64,000 nucleotides of DNA from an uncultured Chloroflexia bacterium (GTDB lineage Bacteria; Chloroflexota; Limnocylindria; Limnocylindrales; CSP1-4): the NCBI GenBank assembly GCA_963738685.1, contig CAVTXK010000002.1:1603815-1667814 (forward strand), in the 5' to 3' direction. Under the pieces are notes generated by a model that had not been told where the DNA came from, ran no database searches, and saw only the letters and a program-made list of their open reading frames with translations. Positions within the stretch are counted from its first letter, which is position 1. Every line of letters starts with the position of its first letter. Position numbers and translations under genes: made by a program. Shown one piece after another: positions 29,061 to 39,619 of this stretch.

Positions 29061-29264
29061 GACGTCGTTCCTTGGCGCTTCGCCACCGAGGTCTCTCGGT
29101 GTTCACCTGGGATGGGGCATCGACCACGCGATTCCTTCACCCAGATCGACCCGCAGGGCACGGTTGCGTACGTTCGTGCAGCGCCCCTACGTCGAATGAC
29201 GGCCGATCCTGCCCTCGCCACGGCATACTCGCGACACCGGGCACGCACATTGGAAGGGAGTCGC

Positions 29265-29903
29265 ATGGACCGTCGCCTTGCGCTCGCGCTGTTCCGTCTC
29301 GCGCTCGCTGGCATCACGCTGCTGGCGGTCGGCTACCAGTTGGCCGACCTCGCGGACAAGGGAACGCTGGTCCCTCTGAACTTCTTCAGCTACTTCACGA
29401 TCCAGAGCAACCTGATCGCCGCGGCGGTCTTCCTGGTCGGCGCGGCCCGTTGGCGATCCGAGTCGAGCCGGCGCTGGGACCTGGTCCGGGGCGGCGCCGT
29501 CGTGTACATGACGGTCACATTGGTGGTCTTCGCACTGCTCCTTTCGAACACCGACGTCGACACCGCGGTCTCATGGGTCAACACGGTCGTCCACCAGCTG
29601 ATGCCGATCGCCGTCATCGTCGACTGGCTGATCGACCCGCCACGGAACCGCATCTCGTTCCGGGACAGCCTGGTGTGGCTGGTCTATCCACTCGCCTGGA
29701 CGGCGTACTCCCTCATCCGTGGGGCCATCGCCGGCTGGTACCCGTATCCGTTCCTGGACCCCGCGAATGGCGGGTATGGCGCGGTGGGGCTCTACGTCGT
29801 GGCGATCCTGGCGTTCGGGACGGCGCTGTGCTGGCTGGTCAGCTGGATCGGCAACTCGCTGGGCCAGCCCCGCGGGGGTGGACCGCGACCCGCGACGGTC
29901 TGA
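29265..29903 (+). CDS. Pr6Pr (FAR-17a/AIG1-like) six-TM membrane protein
   Basis: ATG at 29265 after GGAAGGGAG. FFSYFTIQSNLIAA is the family signature. 212 aa. Confidence 0.6.
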   Translation: MDRRLALALFRLALAGITLLAVGYQLADLADKGTLVPLNFFSYFTIQSNLIAAAVFLVGAARWRSESSRRWDLVRGGAVVYMTVTLVVFALLLSNTDVDTAVSWVNTVVHQLMPIAVIVDWLIDPPRNRISFRDSLVWLVYPLAWTAYSLIRGAIAGWYPYPFLDPANGGYGAVGLYVVAILAFGTALCWLVSWIGNSLGQPRGGGPRPATV

Positions 29904-30914
29904 TCAGTCCAGGTCCGCCAGGAGCTCCGCGAGCATCAGGGCGTTCGTCGCCCCGTAGTTGGCGTAGCAGTTGTTGAACAGGACGTGCGTCTCCTTGGCC
30001 TGCCCGGCCGCCTCGCGGACGCGCGGCACCCACTCCTCCAGCTCGCCCTCATCGTAGAGGTACCGGAAGCGCTCGACCGTCTTGATGTTCTTCGCCTCCC
30101 ACGTCTCGGCGCGGCGCCCGTGGAAGCGGACGACCGCGAGGTCGGGCGAGGTGGCCGCGACGATCGCCGGCACGCTCGACTTGAAGCCCTGCGGCTCATC
30201 GACCATGACCAGCGGGATCTGCCGATCACCGAGGAACTTCAGCGTCCGCTCGATGTTCTTGTCGTTGAACCACGACGCGCTGCGGAACTCGACGGACGGG
30301 GTCATGCCGGCCCTCCGCAACCGCTCCACCAATTCCTCGATCGTTGCCCGATTCTCCGATGAGGTGAAGAACCAGCGCGGGTACTGCAACAAGATCGAGC
30401 CAAGCTGACCCGCCTCTTGCAGCGGCTCCAGGCCGTCGGCGAACCACGCCCAGACGTCGTCCCGGAGATCGTCCGGCAGGTCCTTGGCGTAGATCCTCGC
30501 CTTCTCGGCCACGTCGCCCGGAAGCGCCTCGCGCAGGTCCTTGGGCAGCCGCTTCGTCTCGGTCGGTTGCCCGGTCATGAGCGCATGGGCCTTGATATCG
30601 AAGATGAAGTCGGGCGGCGTGCGCTCCACCCACAGTTCGGACGTGCGCCGCACCGGCAACGAGTAATACGTCGCATCGACCTCGACGAGCGGGAAGCGTG
30701 AGGCGTAGTACTGTAGCCGTTCCTCGGCCGAGTCCGAGCCGATCGGGTAGAAGACCCCCGATGCCGTCATCGTCGGGTCCGTCCACGACGCCGTGCCGAT
30801 GCGGATCGTGCCACCGCCCGCCAGCCCGACCGGATCCGCGGCGATGTCCGGCGGCCCATCGAAGGTCGCAGCCGCGCCGTCCGGCCCCGGATCGTGGGGA
30901 TTCGTCGTCGTCAT
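29904..30914 (-). CDS. DUF72 (UPF0759) family protein
   Basis: 336 aa. IRIGTASWTD, YYASRFPLVEVDATYYSLP, FEFRSASWF-type motifs (here VEFRSASWF). Confidence 0.85.
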   Translation of the reverse strand: MTTTNPHDPGPDGAAATFDGPPDIAADPVGLAGGGTIRIGTASWTDPTMTASGVFYPIGSDSAEERLQYYASRFPLVEVDATYYSLPVRRTSELWVERTPPDFIFDIKAHALMTGQPTETKRLPKDLREALPGDVAEKARIYAKDLPDDLRDDVWAWFADGLEPLQEAGQLGSILLQYPRWFFTSSENRATIEELVERLRRAGMTPSVEFRSASWFNDKNIERTLKFLGDRQIPLVMVDEPQGFKSSVPAIVAATSPDLAVVRFHGRRAETWEAKNIKTVERFRYLYDEGELEEWVPRVREAAGQAKETHVLFNNCYANYGATNALMLAELLADLD

Positions 30915-31021
30915 GCGCTCAGCCTACCCCGATGCCGACCATCGTTTACACGCCGCCCGCCCAGCGGCAACCGTACGTTCATCTCCCGCGTTCAGCCTCG
31001 TCCACGTCTACAGACCAACCC

Positions 31022-32647
31022 ATGAGAGGTGGAAACGTGGAACAGCCCAGCCGGACCCGTCGTGCGGCCCGCACCGCCGTACCGATCGGTCTCATGCTCA
31101 TCGTCGCCGCTGCGGTCTCACCGGCCGCCGCGGCATCGCCGACGACGGCCACCGGGCCGAGCAGCGCGACCTCGCCCTACGTCCTGCCGGTCGCCGACGA
31201 CGTCAAGATCACGTCCCTGCTCACGGTGGACGACGCCAAGGCCGCCGGCAACGGCTATGAGATGGTCGGGATCCCGGACGGCCTCGGGATCACGAAGATC
31301 GACGGCAAGATCGTCGTCTACATGAACCACGAGCTCCGTGACGCACCCGGCCAGGCCCAGGGCATCGTCCGGCGGCACGGGCAGATCGGCGCGTTCGTCT
31401 CGCGCCTGACGATCGATCCCAAGAGCCTCAAGGTGACCTCCGGCTCCGACCTGATCGATCCGGGCGCGCAGTTCTGGGATTACCCGAACGGCCAGTACGT
31501 CACCACCGCCGCCCGCTGGGCCGATCTTGCGCCCCAGCAGTTGTCCTTCGGCCGGTTCTGCTCGGCGACGCTGACCGACCCGGGCATCCTCTACAACGAC
31601 GACACCGATCGCGGGTATCGCGGCCAGCTGTTCTTCGGCAACGAGGAGGACGGCGACAACGGCCGTGCCTTCGCGATCACGGCCGACGGCACCACGACGT
31701 CCCTCCCGCGCCTGGGCCTCTTCTCGTGGGAGAACACCGTCCCGGCCGCCAACCGGAGCGATACGACCCTGGTCATGGGCCAGGAAGACGGCCCGGGTGA
31801 CGGCAGCCAGCTGTGGGTCTACGCCGGCAAGAAGACCAATTCCGGCACCGCCGTCGATCGTGCCGGCCTGACCAACGGCCTCGACTATGTGTTCGATGCG
31901 GTCAACCCGGCGGTCACGAATGACGCCGAGTGGCGCTCCGCCTACCCGAAGGGCACGACCGGCCAGGTCCAGCTCGTCAACATCCCGTGGAGCCTGACCG
32001 GCGCCCTCCAGAACAGCCTCGCCAAGACCGATGGCCTCAACCTCAACCGGGTCGAGGACGGGATCTGGGACCCGAACCGCCGCAACGACTTCTACTTCCT
32101 CACCACCGAGGGTGGCGAGAAGACCGGAACGGGCCTCGACTCGCGCGACGGCGGTGGCCTGTGGCGGCTGCGCTTCGTGGACATCGAGCGGCCCGCGCTC
32201 GGCGCCTCGCTGACGCTGCTGCTCGACGGCTCCGAGTCACTCAGCGGGACCGAACCCAAGTTCAACAAGCCCGACAACCTCGGCATCGACCGCCACGGCA
32301 ACCTCCTGATCCAGGAAGATCCGGGCGGCAACAACCACCTCGCGCGGATCATCGCCTACCGCATCAAGGACGGCGCTCTCGGTGTCGTCGCGCGCTTCGA
32401 CGAGGCGCTCTTCGGCCCGGGTGCGATCGAGGACCCGAACCGCCTGACCATCGACGAAGAGTCCAGCGGGATCATCGACGCCTCGCGGTACCTGGGTGAC
32501 GGCACCTTCGTGTTCGATGCTCAGATCCACACCGCGAAGGGCCTGCCCGCTGGCACGGGTCCCGGGACGGTGCAGGAGTACGTGGAGCACGGCCAGCTGC
32601 TTGTCCTCCGGGTCAAGGACTGGGACGACGTGTACGGCGACGACTGA
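31022..32647 (+). CDS. secreted PhoX-like / DUF839 beta-propeller phosphatase
   Basis: ATG at 31022 (alternative GTG at 31037). Signal peptide. GIPDGLG, FGRFCSATL, LGLFSWENTV, NRVEDGIWDP, PDNLGIDRHGNLLIQEDPG. The Arg/Pro-rich upstream part of the track ORF was rejected. Confidence 0.55.
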   Translation: MRGGNVEQPSRTRRAARTAVPIGLMLIVAAAVSPAAAASPTTATGPSSATSPYVLPVADDVKITSLLTVDDAKAAGNGYEMVGIPDGLGITKIDGKIVVYMNHELRDAPGQAQGIVRRHGQIGAFVSRLTIDPKSLKVTSGSDLIDPGAQFWDYPNGQYVTTAARWADLAPQQLSFGRFCSATLTDPGILYNDDTDRGYRGQLFFGNEEDGDNGRAFAITADGTTTSLPRLGLFSWENTVPAANRSDTTLVMGQEDGPGDGSQLWVYAGKKTNSGTAVDRAGLTNGLDYVFDAVNPAVTNDAEWRSAYPKGTTGQVQLVNIPWSLTGALQNSLAKTDGLNLNRVEDGIWDPNRRNDFYFLTTEGGEKTGTGLDSRDGGGLWRLRFVDIERPALGASLTLLLDGSESLSGTEPKFNKPDNLGIDRHGNLLIQEDPGGNNHLARIIAYRIKDGALGVVARFDEALFGPGAIEDPNRLTIDEESSGIIDASRYLGDGTFVFDAQIHTAKGLPAGTGPGTVQEYVEHGQLLVLRVKDWDDVYGDD

Positions 32648-32667
32648 CCGACCCACCCCCAACAGAT

Positions 32668-32695
32668 CGAAGGCCGGGCAACCGCCCGGCCTTCG
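32668..32695 (+). terminator. terminator hairpin after the PhoX-like gene
   Basis: 12-bp stem CGAAGGCCGGGC / GCCCGGCCTTCG with loop AACC. Confidence 0.55.
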
Positions 32696-32772
32696 CCATG
32701 CCCGGCGGACCGACGACGCGCGGCACGGCGTACGCGGCGACCCGGTAGGGCGTTGAAGGGCAAGAGTAAGGT

Positions 32773-33669
32773 GTGCCGATGTCGTTTCGGCCTCTGCCCG
32801 TTGCGGGACTCGCGGCGCTCCTGGTCCTGGCCTCGCTCGTTTCCGCCCCCGCGGTCCTGGCCGCCGATCCCGTCATCGTCGGTGCCGGAGACATCGCGAA
32901 TTGCGGCACGACGACCGACACCGCGACCGCCCGGCTCGTCGCGAAGATCAGTGGGACCGTCATCACCCTGGGTGACAACGCGTACCAATCCGGAACCGCG
33001 GCGCAGTTCAAGAACTGCTACGGCCCGACGTGGGGTCGGTTCAAGTCGCGAACTCGGCCGGCGACCGGGAATCACGACTACCAGACCGCTGGCGCAAAGG
33101 GCTATTTCGACTACTTCGGGACCCGAGCCGGTCATCGAAGCAACGGGTACTACGCCTACACGCTGGGGACGTGGCACATCATCGTCCTCAACTCGAACTG
33201 TGGCCTCGTCAGCTGCAAGGCGGGGTCCCCGCAACTCAAGTGGCTCGAGTACGTGCTTGGCAAGAGCCGGGGCCGAAACGTGCTGGCGTACTGGCATCAC
33301 CCGCGATTCAGCTCGGGCAAGCACGGGAACGACGAATCGGTCCAGGCGTTCTGGGACCTCCTCTACCGCGAGGGAGCGGACATCGTCCTGAACGGGCACG
33401 ACCACGATTACGAGCGATTCGCGCCACAGACGCCGACCGGCCGATCCGACCCGAAGTACGGGATCCGACAGTTCGTGGTCGGTACGGGTGGGACCTCACT
33501 CCGGTCGAAGGGATCGACCGCGGCCAACAGCCAGGTCTTCTCGTCAACCCATGGCGTGATCAAGCTCCGCCTGCGCGCCACGTCCTACTCCTGGAACTTC
33601 ACGCCCATCGCCGGCAAGTCGTTCAGTGACGCCGGCACGCAGCGGACGCACGGCCGGCCACCGGGCTGA
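32773..33669 (+). CDS. secreted calcineurin-like metallophosphoesterase
   Basis: 298 aa with a signal peptide. GAGDIA, GDNAY, GNHDY, WHHP, GHDHDYER. The ATG at 32779 is an alternative start with a better AAGG spacing. Confidence 0.85.
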   Translation: MPMSFRPLPVAGLAALLVLASLVSAPAVLAADPVIVGAGDIANCGTTTDTATARLVAKISGTVITLGDNAYQSGTAAQFKNCYGPTWGRFKSRTRPATGNHDYQTAGAKGYFDYFGTRAGHRSNGYYAYTLGTWHIIVLNSNCGLVSCKAGSPQLKWLEYVLGKSRGRNVLAYWHHPRFSSGKHGNDESVQAFWDLLYREGADIVLNGHDHDYERFAPQTPTGRSDPKYGIRQFVVGTGGTSLRSKGSTAANSQVFSSTHGVIKLRLRATSYSWNFTPIAGKSFSDAGTQRTHGRPPG

Positions 33670-33716
33670 CTGCCTCTCATGCGTCGCCGGGACATGTCGT
33701 CGCTCGCAACGACCGA

Positions 33717-35564
33717 TCAGAGGGCGGGATTCACCCCTGCCGGGCCGCCGAAGAAGCAATACGGGCATAACCCTTTGCGATGGTTCTCCAGGAGCCGCAA
33801 GGGGAACGGCAGCCGATCGGCGATCTCTCGCTCGAATCGGTACCGGTGGGGTGCATCGACAGCGCGACATGGCGCATCGGTGCGGTGCCATTCCGACCAC
33901 CGGCGCACTTGCGCCTCGCCGCGGTAGGTCCACGTGTCGGTGGCCTCGTCGACGGTGATCTGCGGGTTCTTCACCTGCGAGCGCCAGCGGACGTAGGCAC
34001 CTGCCGGGAGCGGCCCGCGCATGTGGACATCGAGTGACTCGGTCGCGAGCTCGGTCACGTTGGGGCCGAGTCGGCGGTATAACCGCGCGACGATGCCGAA
34101 GTCCGTCGCGTTCGCGAACGACGCCGGCAGGAAATGGAACCGAAGCCGCTCGGCTGCCGATCCGTCCTCGTCTCGCAGAACGACGTCATTCGTCCGATCC
34201 TCCAGGGTCCAGCGGATGCGCAGCGCCGGGTCACTGGCAGCGACCCCCGACGGGAGCCGCATCAGGTAGCGCAGGCCGTCGCCGGCATAGGTGCTCGGCA
34301 CCGCTGTCGGGCCGAGGAGCGCCGCCGGGGTGGGGGTCTCCCGGACCGAGATGCCGATGTAGGTGCCGACGGATGTGATCTCGAACTGGTCGACGCCGAT
34401 GCGCACGGCCACGCCGCCCGGGGGAGGGATCGTCCGCCGCACTCGGGCTGCGGGCGCGCCCGGGCTGGCCGCCTTGACCCGTCCGCTGAAGTTCTGACCG
34501 GCGGCGCTGACCAGGTCTTCGATGTAGAGGACCGCCAACCCGACCGTGAGGACGCCCAGAAACACCTCGAGGACGATGACCCACCACGACCGGTCCACAT
34601 CGGTTTCGACACCCTCGATGCGGAATCCGAGGGCCGCCCATGTGCGGCTGTTCACGCGTCGGGTCTTGGGTAGGTACTGGAAGATCGTGCCAGGCCGCGT
34701 GTGGAACATCGTCGGGACGACGTGGAACGAGAAGTTCACCGTGCCCGATGACTTGCTGGCAGCACCGCTGACCAGGAAGTAGCCGGCCGTCGGGGTCACC
34801 GAGAACCGGTCGAGGGTCGCTCCATCCTCTTCTATGGCGGTGACCATCCGCGTGTGAAGGTCGTCGAGAAGCAGCACCGCGGCATCCGCGTTGACCACAC
34901 CGGCCACATCGTTGCTGCGCGCGAAGTCGACCAGGGCCCCCGCGTTACCCACGATCGAATGGGTGTCATCGTCGACATTCAGACCGAGCAGCACCGCACC
35001 GTTTCGCACGCGGACGTCCACGGACGTCGCCATACGAGCGAGCGGGCCGAAGAAGCTCACGTCGATGGCGGGCAGTTTGATCAACCGGAATGCGATCGCG
35101 GCGCGAATGGCCTGCTGCAGCCGATCCTTGAACTGACCGCCGATCAGGAAGGCGACGACCGCGGCCGGCGTGCCCGCCGACGTCACCGAGGCCGTCCAGC
35201 GGCGGACGACGACGTCCTCGGGTGCCGGTTCCAACTGCAGGTTCGAGCCGGGTGCGAATGCGGGCCTAATCGTCGCCTCGAGGTCGCCGGCGATCTGGGC
35301 GCTGTGCTCGGTACCGTCGAGGGTGACGCGCAACGAACCCCAGACGCCCAAGGTCAACACGAGCAGGTTGGTGGCCCCTTCGCAGTCGATCTCGGGCTGA
35401 CCGAGGAACAGATCGGCAGCGACCTCCGGCGGCCCGCCCGGCAGATCGGCCTTCAACACCTTCGGGAAGGATCCGTTCGCGTATGCCGCCAGCAGTGCGA
35501 CGTTGAGGGCGTGCTCGCGAACAGTCACCGCGGCGGCAAAGCCGGCGTGATCGGGCATGGCCAC
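33717..35564 (-). CDS. 615-aa orphan protein with a single central TM helix (no recognisable domain)
   Basis: Long uninterrupted ORF with protein-like composition. TM helix WWVIVLEVFLGVLTVGLAVLYI at about residue 325. The C-terminus ends CPYCFFGGPAG. Codon usage is visibly less GC3-biased than in neighbouring genes. Confidence 0.6.
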   Translation of the reverse strand: MAMPDHAGFAAAVTVREHALNVALLAAYANGSFPKVLKADLPGGPPEVAADLFLGQPEIDCEGATNLLVLTLGVWGSLRVTLDGTEHSAQIAGDLEATIRPAFAPGSNLQLEPAPEDVVVRRWTASVTSAGTPAAVVAFLIGGQFKDRLQQAIRAAIAFRLIKLPAIDVSFFGPLARMATSVDVRVRNGAVLLGLNVDDDTHSIVGNAGALVDFARSNDVAGVVNADAAVLLLDDLHTRMVTAIEEDGATLDRFSVTPTAGYFLVSGAASKSSGTVNFSFHVVPTMFHTRPGTIFQYLPKTRRVNSRTWAALGFRIEGVETDVDRSWWVIVLEVFLGVLTVGLAVLYIEDLVSAAGQNFSGRVKAASPGAPAARVRRTIPPPGGVAVRIGVDQFEITSVGTYIGISVRETPTPAALLGPTAVPSTYAGDGLRYLMRLPSGVAASDPALRIRWTLEDRTNDVVLRDEDGSAAERLRFHFLPASFANATDFGIVARLYRRLGPNVTELATESLDVHMRGPLPAGAYVRWRSQVKNPQITVDEATDTWTYRGEAQVRRWSEWHRTDAPCRAVDAPHRYRFEREIADRLPFPLRLLENHRKGLCPYCFFGGPAGVNPAL

Positions 35565-35771
35565 TCCTCGAGTGGTGGGGGAGCAGCGCCCGATTCCTGG
35601 TGCACCAGTGAACGTCCGATGGACGCTGGACTTAAGGCCAGATCCTCATGGTTCTTTCGCGCGTTCATACGAGACGCGACATCCACGACGCCGCTCCGCG
35701 CTGGATGCTACGGCCCCGATGTCTGCTTGGCAATACCCGAGCGATACCCTCCCGGGGTATTGACAAAGGGG

Positions 35772-35800
35772 TTGACAAATCGACCCTGAGGGCGCACAAT
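35772..35800 (+). promoter_or_regulatory. candidate sigma-70 promoter for dnaG-rpoD: TTGACA-17 nt-CACAAT
   Basis: Read directly. A second TTGACA lies at 35760-35765 and a third inside the palindrome at 35826-35831. Confidence 0.35.
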
Positions 35801-35816
35801 CCTCTTCTACCGGGCT

Positions 35817-35831
35817 TGTCAAGTCTTGACA
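35817..35831. promoter_or_regulatory. perfect 7-1-7 palindrome TGTCAAG-T-CTTGACA downstream of the candidate promoter
   Basis: Read directly. The loop is too small for an RNA hairpin, so a dimeric protein-binding site is more likely. Confidence 0.4.
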
Positions 35832-35913
35832 GGCCCACAGGTGTGTCCGGGACCTTGCGGGAGGGGCGGGCACGGGAACAGGCACGGAGCCGACTGGTCA
35901 TCGGCACGAAGGA

Positions 35914-37854
35914 GTGGATTTGTCGGTCGGCGTCACCGCCGAGGTGAAGAGCAAGCTGTCGGTCGTCGATGTCGTCGGCGAGTCGGTCACGCTGAAGAAG
36001 GCGGGTACAACGTTCAAGGGCCTGTGCCCGTTCCACGGTGAGAAGACGCCGTCGTTCGTGGTCACACCGGCCCGCGAGAGCTGGCACTGCTTCGGCTGCG
36101 GCCTGGGCGGCGACATCTTCAGCTTCGTCATGCAACGGGACGGTTCCACCTTCCCGGAAGCTCTCCGCACGCTGGCCACACGCGCCGGCGTCGAGATCGA
36201 TGAGCGGACGAAGCGCGAGGATGCCCGCCGAGCCCGGCTCCGCCAGGTACTCGATACGGCGATCGCGTTCTATCACGCCGTGCTGACCGGCTCCAAGGCC
36301 GGTGAGCCCGCCCTCGCCTATCTCCAGGGTCGTGGCTTCACCGACGCGACCATCGAGATGCACCAGCTCGGCTGGGCGCCCGGTGGGTGGGACCAGATGG
36401 CCCGCCAGCTCCAGGCCAAGCGGGACGTCCGTCCGGACGAGCTCGTGGAAGTCGGCCTTGCCAGCCCGAGCCAGCGTGGCCGGGGCGTGATCGACAAGTT
36501 CCGCGCCCGGGTGATCTTCCCGATCCGCGACGCCAGCGGTCACGCGGTCGGTCTGGGCGGCCGGCTGCTCGAGGGGGAGGGGCCCAAGTACCTCAACTCC
36601 CCGGCGACCCCGCTCTTCGACAAGAGCCGGACGCTCTACCTGATCGACAAGGCGAAAGGCCCGATCCGACGGACGGGCCAGGCGGTCATCGTCGAGGGCT
36701 ACACCGACGCGTTGATGGCCCACCAGGCTGGTTTCGAGAACGTCGTCGCGAGCCTTGGCACGGCCCTGACGCCGAACCAGATCGGTCTGCTGACCCGCTA
36801 CGCCAACCGCATCGCGCTCGCGTACGACGTGGATGCCGCGGGCGAGAAGGCGGGCACGCTCGGGGTGACCGCGCTGGCCGGCCTCATCGGTCAGCTCCAG
36901 GGCGACGACTCTGGCGTGAAGCTCGAGGACGTCCGGGTCGTCCGCCTGCCGAATGGCAAGGACCCCGACGAGGTCGTCCGCGAGGATCCGGCGGCGTGGG
37001 AGGCCGGCGTCGCGAAGGCGAAGCCGCTCGTCGAGTACCTCATCGACCTGCACGCGAAGCGGTTCGACCTCAAGACCTCGACCGGGCGGCTCGGCTTCAT
37101 CGATGCCGTCACGCCGGCCCTGGTCGACATCGCCGACCCCCTTCGCCGCGACGAGGCGCTCCAGCAAGTCCGCCATGCGTCCGGGGTAGAAGAACGCGTC
37201 CTGCGTCAGGTGCTGGACCGTCGGATCGCCGCGGCCGCCGGCTCGGGCTCGAATCGCCGAGGCGGCGAGGCGGCGACCCGGATCACCGCGGACGCGGTCC
37301 TCGCGTCCCCGGATGCCCTGCCAGTCGGGGACATCCTGCGCGCCGTGACCCCGGTCGAGGCGGAGCTGCTCAGGCTGCTCCTCCTCCTGCCGGACCAGCA
37401 ACTTCGGGTGGTCGAGGAACTCGGTCCGGACCAGCTGCCCAGCACGCTCGCGCGCGAGCTGTACCGGGCGATCGTCCTCGCGCGGGCCCCCGACGACCAG
37501 GGTGTCCACCCGCCGTTCGACGGAGCCGCCCTGCTGTTGACGCTCGACGACGAGACGGCCTCGCTCGCGCGGGCGCTGTACGCGAAGGCCGGCCCGGATC
37601 CGCGCACGCTCGACATGCGTCACCTGGCCTACGAGATCACCAGGCTTCTGCTGGAGCTCGAGGACGACCAGCTGCGCGAGCGCAGCGACTACAACGAAGC
37701 CGCCCAGGCGGAGGCCGAACGCGCCGGTGACACCGACACGATCGATCGCCTCCTCCTCGAGCGACGAAAGATCAATGAAGAACGTCGATCGCTCGATCGA
37801 CGACGTGATGAAACCCGATTGCTCGCCCGGCCCAGCGTGGCCGTGCGCGCCTGA
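35914..37854 (+). CDS. dnaG: DNA primase
   Basis: 646 aa. Zinc ribbon [50 protein letters not shown]. The TTG at 35920 is an alternative start with better GGAG spacing. Confidence 0.9.
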   Translation: MDLSVGVTAEVKSKLSVVDVVGESVTLKKAGTTFKGLCPFHGEKTPSFVVTPARESWHCFGCGLGGDIFSFVMQRDGSTFPEALRTLATRAGVEIDERTKREDARRARLRQVLDTAIAFYHAVLTGSKAGEPALAYLQGRGFTDATIEMHQLGWAPGGWDQMARQLQAKRDVRPDELVEVGLASPSQRGRGVIDKFRARVIFPIRDASGHAVGLGGRLLEGEGPKYLNSPATPLFDKSRTLYLIDKAKGPIRRTGQAVIVEGYTDALMAHQAGFENVVASLGTALTPNQIGLLTRYANRIALAYDVDAAGEKAGTLGVTALAGLIGQLQGDDSGVKLEDVRVVRLPNGKDPDEVVREDPAAWEAGVAKAKPLVEYLIDLHAKRFDLKTSTGRLGFIDAVTPALVDIADPLRRDEALQQVRHASGVEERVLRQVLDRRIAAAAGSGSNRRGGEAATRITADAVLASPDALPVGDILRAVTPVEAELLRLLLLLPDQQLRVVEELGPDQLPSTLARELYRAIVLARAPDDQGVHPPFDGAALLLTLDDETASLARALYAKAGPDPRTLDMRHLAYEITRLLLELEDDQLRERSDYNEAAQAEAERAGDTDTIDRLLLERRKINEERRSLDRRRDETRLLARPSVAVRA

Positions 37855-37877
37855 ACCTGTCCCCCAAGGAGGAACCC

Positions 37878-39602
37878 ATGCCCGCCGATCCGCTCGACAA
37901 GCAACTCGTTGAGGCCGTCCTGTCGCGGCCGCGCCGCGCCAAGGCCGACCTCGAGGAGGCCAAGCTGGCCGGCCTGCGCCCCTCGCGTGGTGCCGCCGCC
38001 GTCGCCGAGGAAGACGATGACGAGGACGACGACATCGACCTCGGGCCCGAGGCTCCGGCCGATGGCGCCGATGCTGAGGTGAACGTCGAAGTCGTCGCCG
38101 ATGACGGCTCCATCGACACCGCCGCCAAGCTCCCGACCGAGGGCCCGACCAAGCTCGACCCCAAGGAGGTCGAGGAGCCGACCGCCGAGGACCTCGAGGC
38201 CATCAGCGCCGACATGATCGGCATCGATGACCCGGTCCGGATGTACCTCAAGGAGATCGGCAAGGTCGCCCTGCTGACCGCCGAGGAAGAGGTCGTCCTG
38301 GCCAAGGCCATCGAGCTCGGGGAGCAGCTCGTCGAGGAGCCGTGGAAGGGCCTCGCGTCGCTCCACGAATGGACGCTCCACGACACCGAGCGCAAGACCC
38401 GGACCCAGAAGCCGCAGCATCGACTGCCGTTCGGGGACGAGGCCCACGCGTTCGTCCGCGCGGCGATCAGCGCCGACGAGGCCGCCGACCTGCTCGTGCC
38501 GTCGCCCGACTTCCACCTCGTGAAGGCCGGCCGGGACGCGCAGTCCGATGGCACCAAGGAGCTGCTCAAGGAGGCCAAGAAGCTCGTCCACGCCTACAAC
38601 GAGGCGCTGACGCCGGACACCTTCATCACGCTGCTCGATTGGGCGTTCATGGCCGTCCACAACGGCGACCTCGATTCGCGCGACAACGTCGGTCTGCGGG
38701 CGATCTGGGACTGGACCCGCGAGGGTGTGGCCTTCCCGGCGCTCGAGCGCTACATCCTGGCCGGCAACGAGGCCGACCTGCTCAAGCGCATGGGCTACGA
38801 CCCCGAGGTGCCGCTCAAGACCAAGCTGCGCGACCGCAAGGGCACGATCGTCGAGATCGGACGCGATGCGCGCGAGCAGCTGACGTCGGCCAACCTGCGC
38901 CTCGTCGTGTCGATCGCGAAGAAGTACATCGGGCGCGGCATGTCGTTCCTGGACCTCATCCAGGAAGGCAACATCGGCCTGATCCGGGCGGTCGAGAAGT
39001 TCGACTACGAGAAGGGCTTCAAGTTCTCCACGTACGCGACGTGGTGGATCCGCCAGGCCATCACCCGGGCCATCGCGGACCAGGCGCGGACGATCCGCAT
39101 CCCGGTCCACATGGTCGAGACGATCAATCGCCTGATCCGGGTCTCGCGCGGGCTCCTGCAGGAGCTGGGTCGTGAGCCGACGGTCGAGGAGATCGCCGAG
39201 GCGATGTCCAAGGGCCAGGAGGTCCAGGTCACGCCGGAGAAGGTCCGCGAGATCATCAAGGTCTCGCAGGAGCCGGTCTCGCTGGAGACGCCGATCGGTG
39301 AGGAGGAGGACTCCCACCTCGGCGACTTCATCGAGGACCGGGGCGCGCTGGCCCCGGCCGAGGCGGCTTCGCACCAGTTGCTCAAGGAGCAGGTGGAGGC
39401 GGTGCTGGACTCGCTGACCGGTCGCGAGCGGCGCGTGCTGCAGCTCCGGTTCGGCCTGGAGGACGGGCGTGCCCGGACTCTCGAGGAGGTCGGCAAGGAG
39501 TTCAACGTGACCCGCGAGCGGATCCGCCAGATCGAGGCGAAGGCGCTGCGCAAGCTGCGCCACCCGTCCCGGAGCCGCAAGCTCAAGGACTACCTGGAGT
39601 AG
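37878..39602 (+). CDS. rpoD: primary (housekeeping) RNA polymerase sigma-70 factor
   Basis: 574 aa. AAGGAGGA RBS. Region 2 [56 protein letters not shown]. Region 4 [30 protein letters not shown]. Confidence 0.95.
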   Translation: MPADPLDKQLVEAVLSRPRRAKADLEEAKLAGLRPSRGAAAVAEEDDDEDDDIDLGPEAPADGADAEVNVEVVADDGSIDTAAKLPTEGPTKLDPKEVEEPTAEDLEAISADMIGIDDPVRMYLKEIGKVALLTAEEEVVLAKAIELGEQLVEEPWKGLASLHEWTLHDTERKTRTQKPQHRLPFGDEAHAFVRAAISADEAADLLVPSPDFHLVKAGRDAQSDGTKELLKEAKKLVHAYNEALTPDTFITLLDWAFMAVHNGDLDSRDNVGLRAIWDWTREGVAFPALERYILAGNEADLLKRMGYDPEVPLKTKLRDRKGTIVEIGRDAREQLTSANLRLVVSIAKKYIGRGMSFLDLIQEGNIGLIRAVEKFDYEKGFKFSTYATWWIRQAITRAIADQARTIRIPVHMVETINRLIRVSRGLLQELGREPTVEEIAEAMSKGQEVQVTPEKVREIIKVSQEPVSLETPIGEEEDSHLGDFIEDRGALAPAEAASHQLLKEQVEAVLDSLTGRERRVLQLRFGLEDGRARTLEEVGKEFNVTRERIRQIEAKALRKLRHPSRSRKLKDYLE

Positions 39603-39619
39603 TCGCCCGGGCCACAACC

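Noticed and set aside
35565-35913. Small ORFs (35646..35885 minus, 35648..35947 plus) or a structured ncRNA in the dnaG upstream region
   Set aside because: The ORF products are Arg-rich with no RBS. I could find only short, weak stems (ATACCC/GGGTAT), nothing resembling a known riboswitch or sRNA fold.
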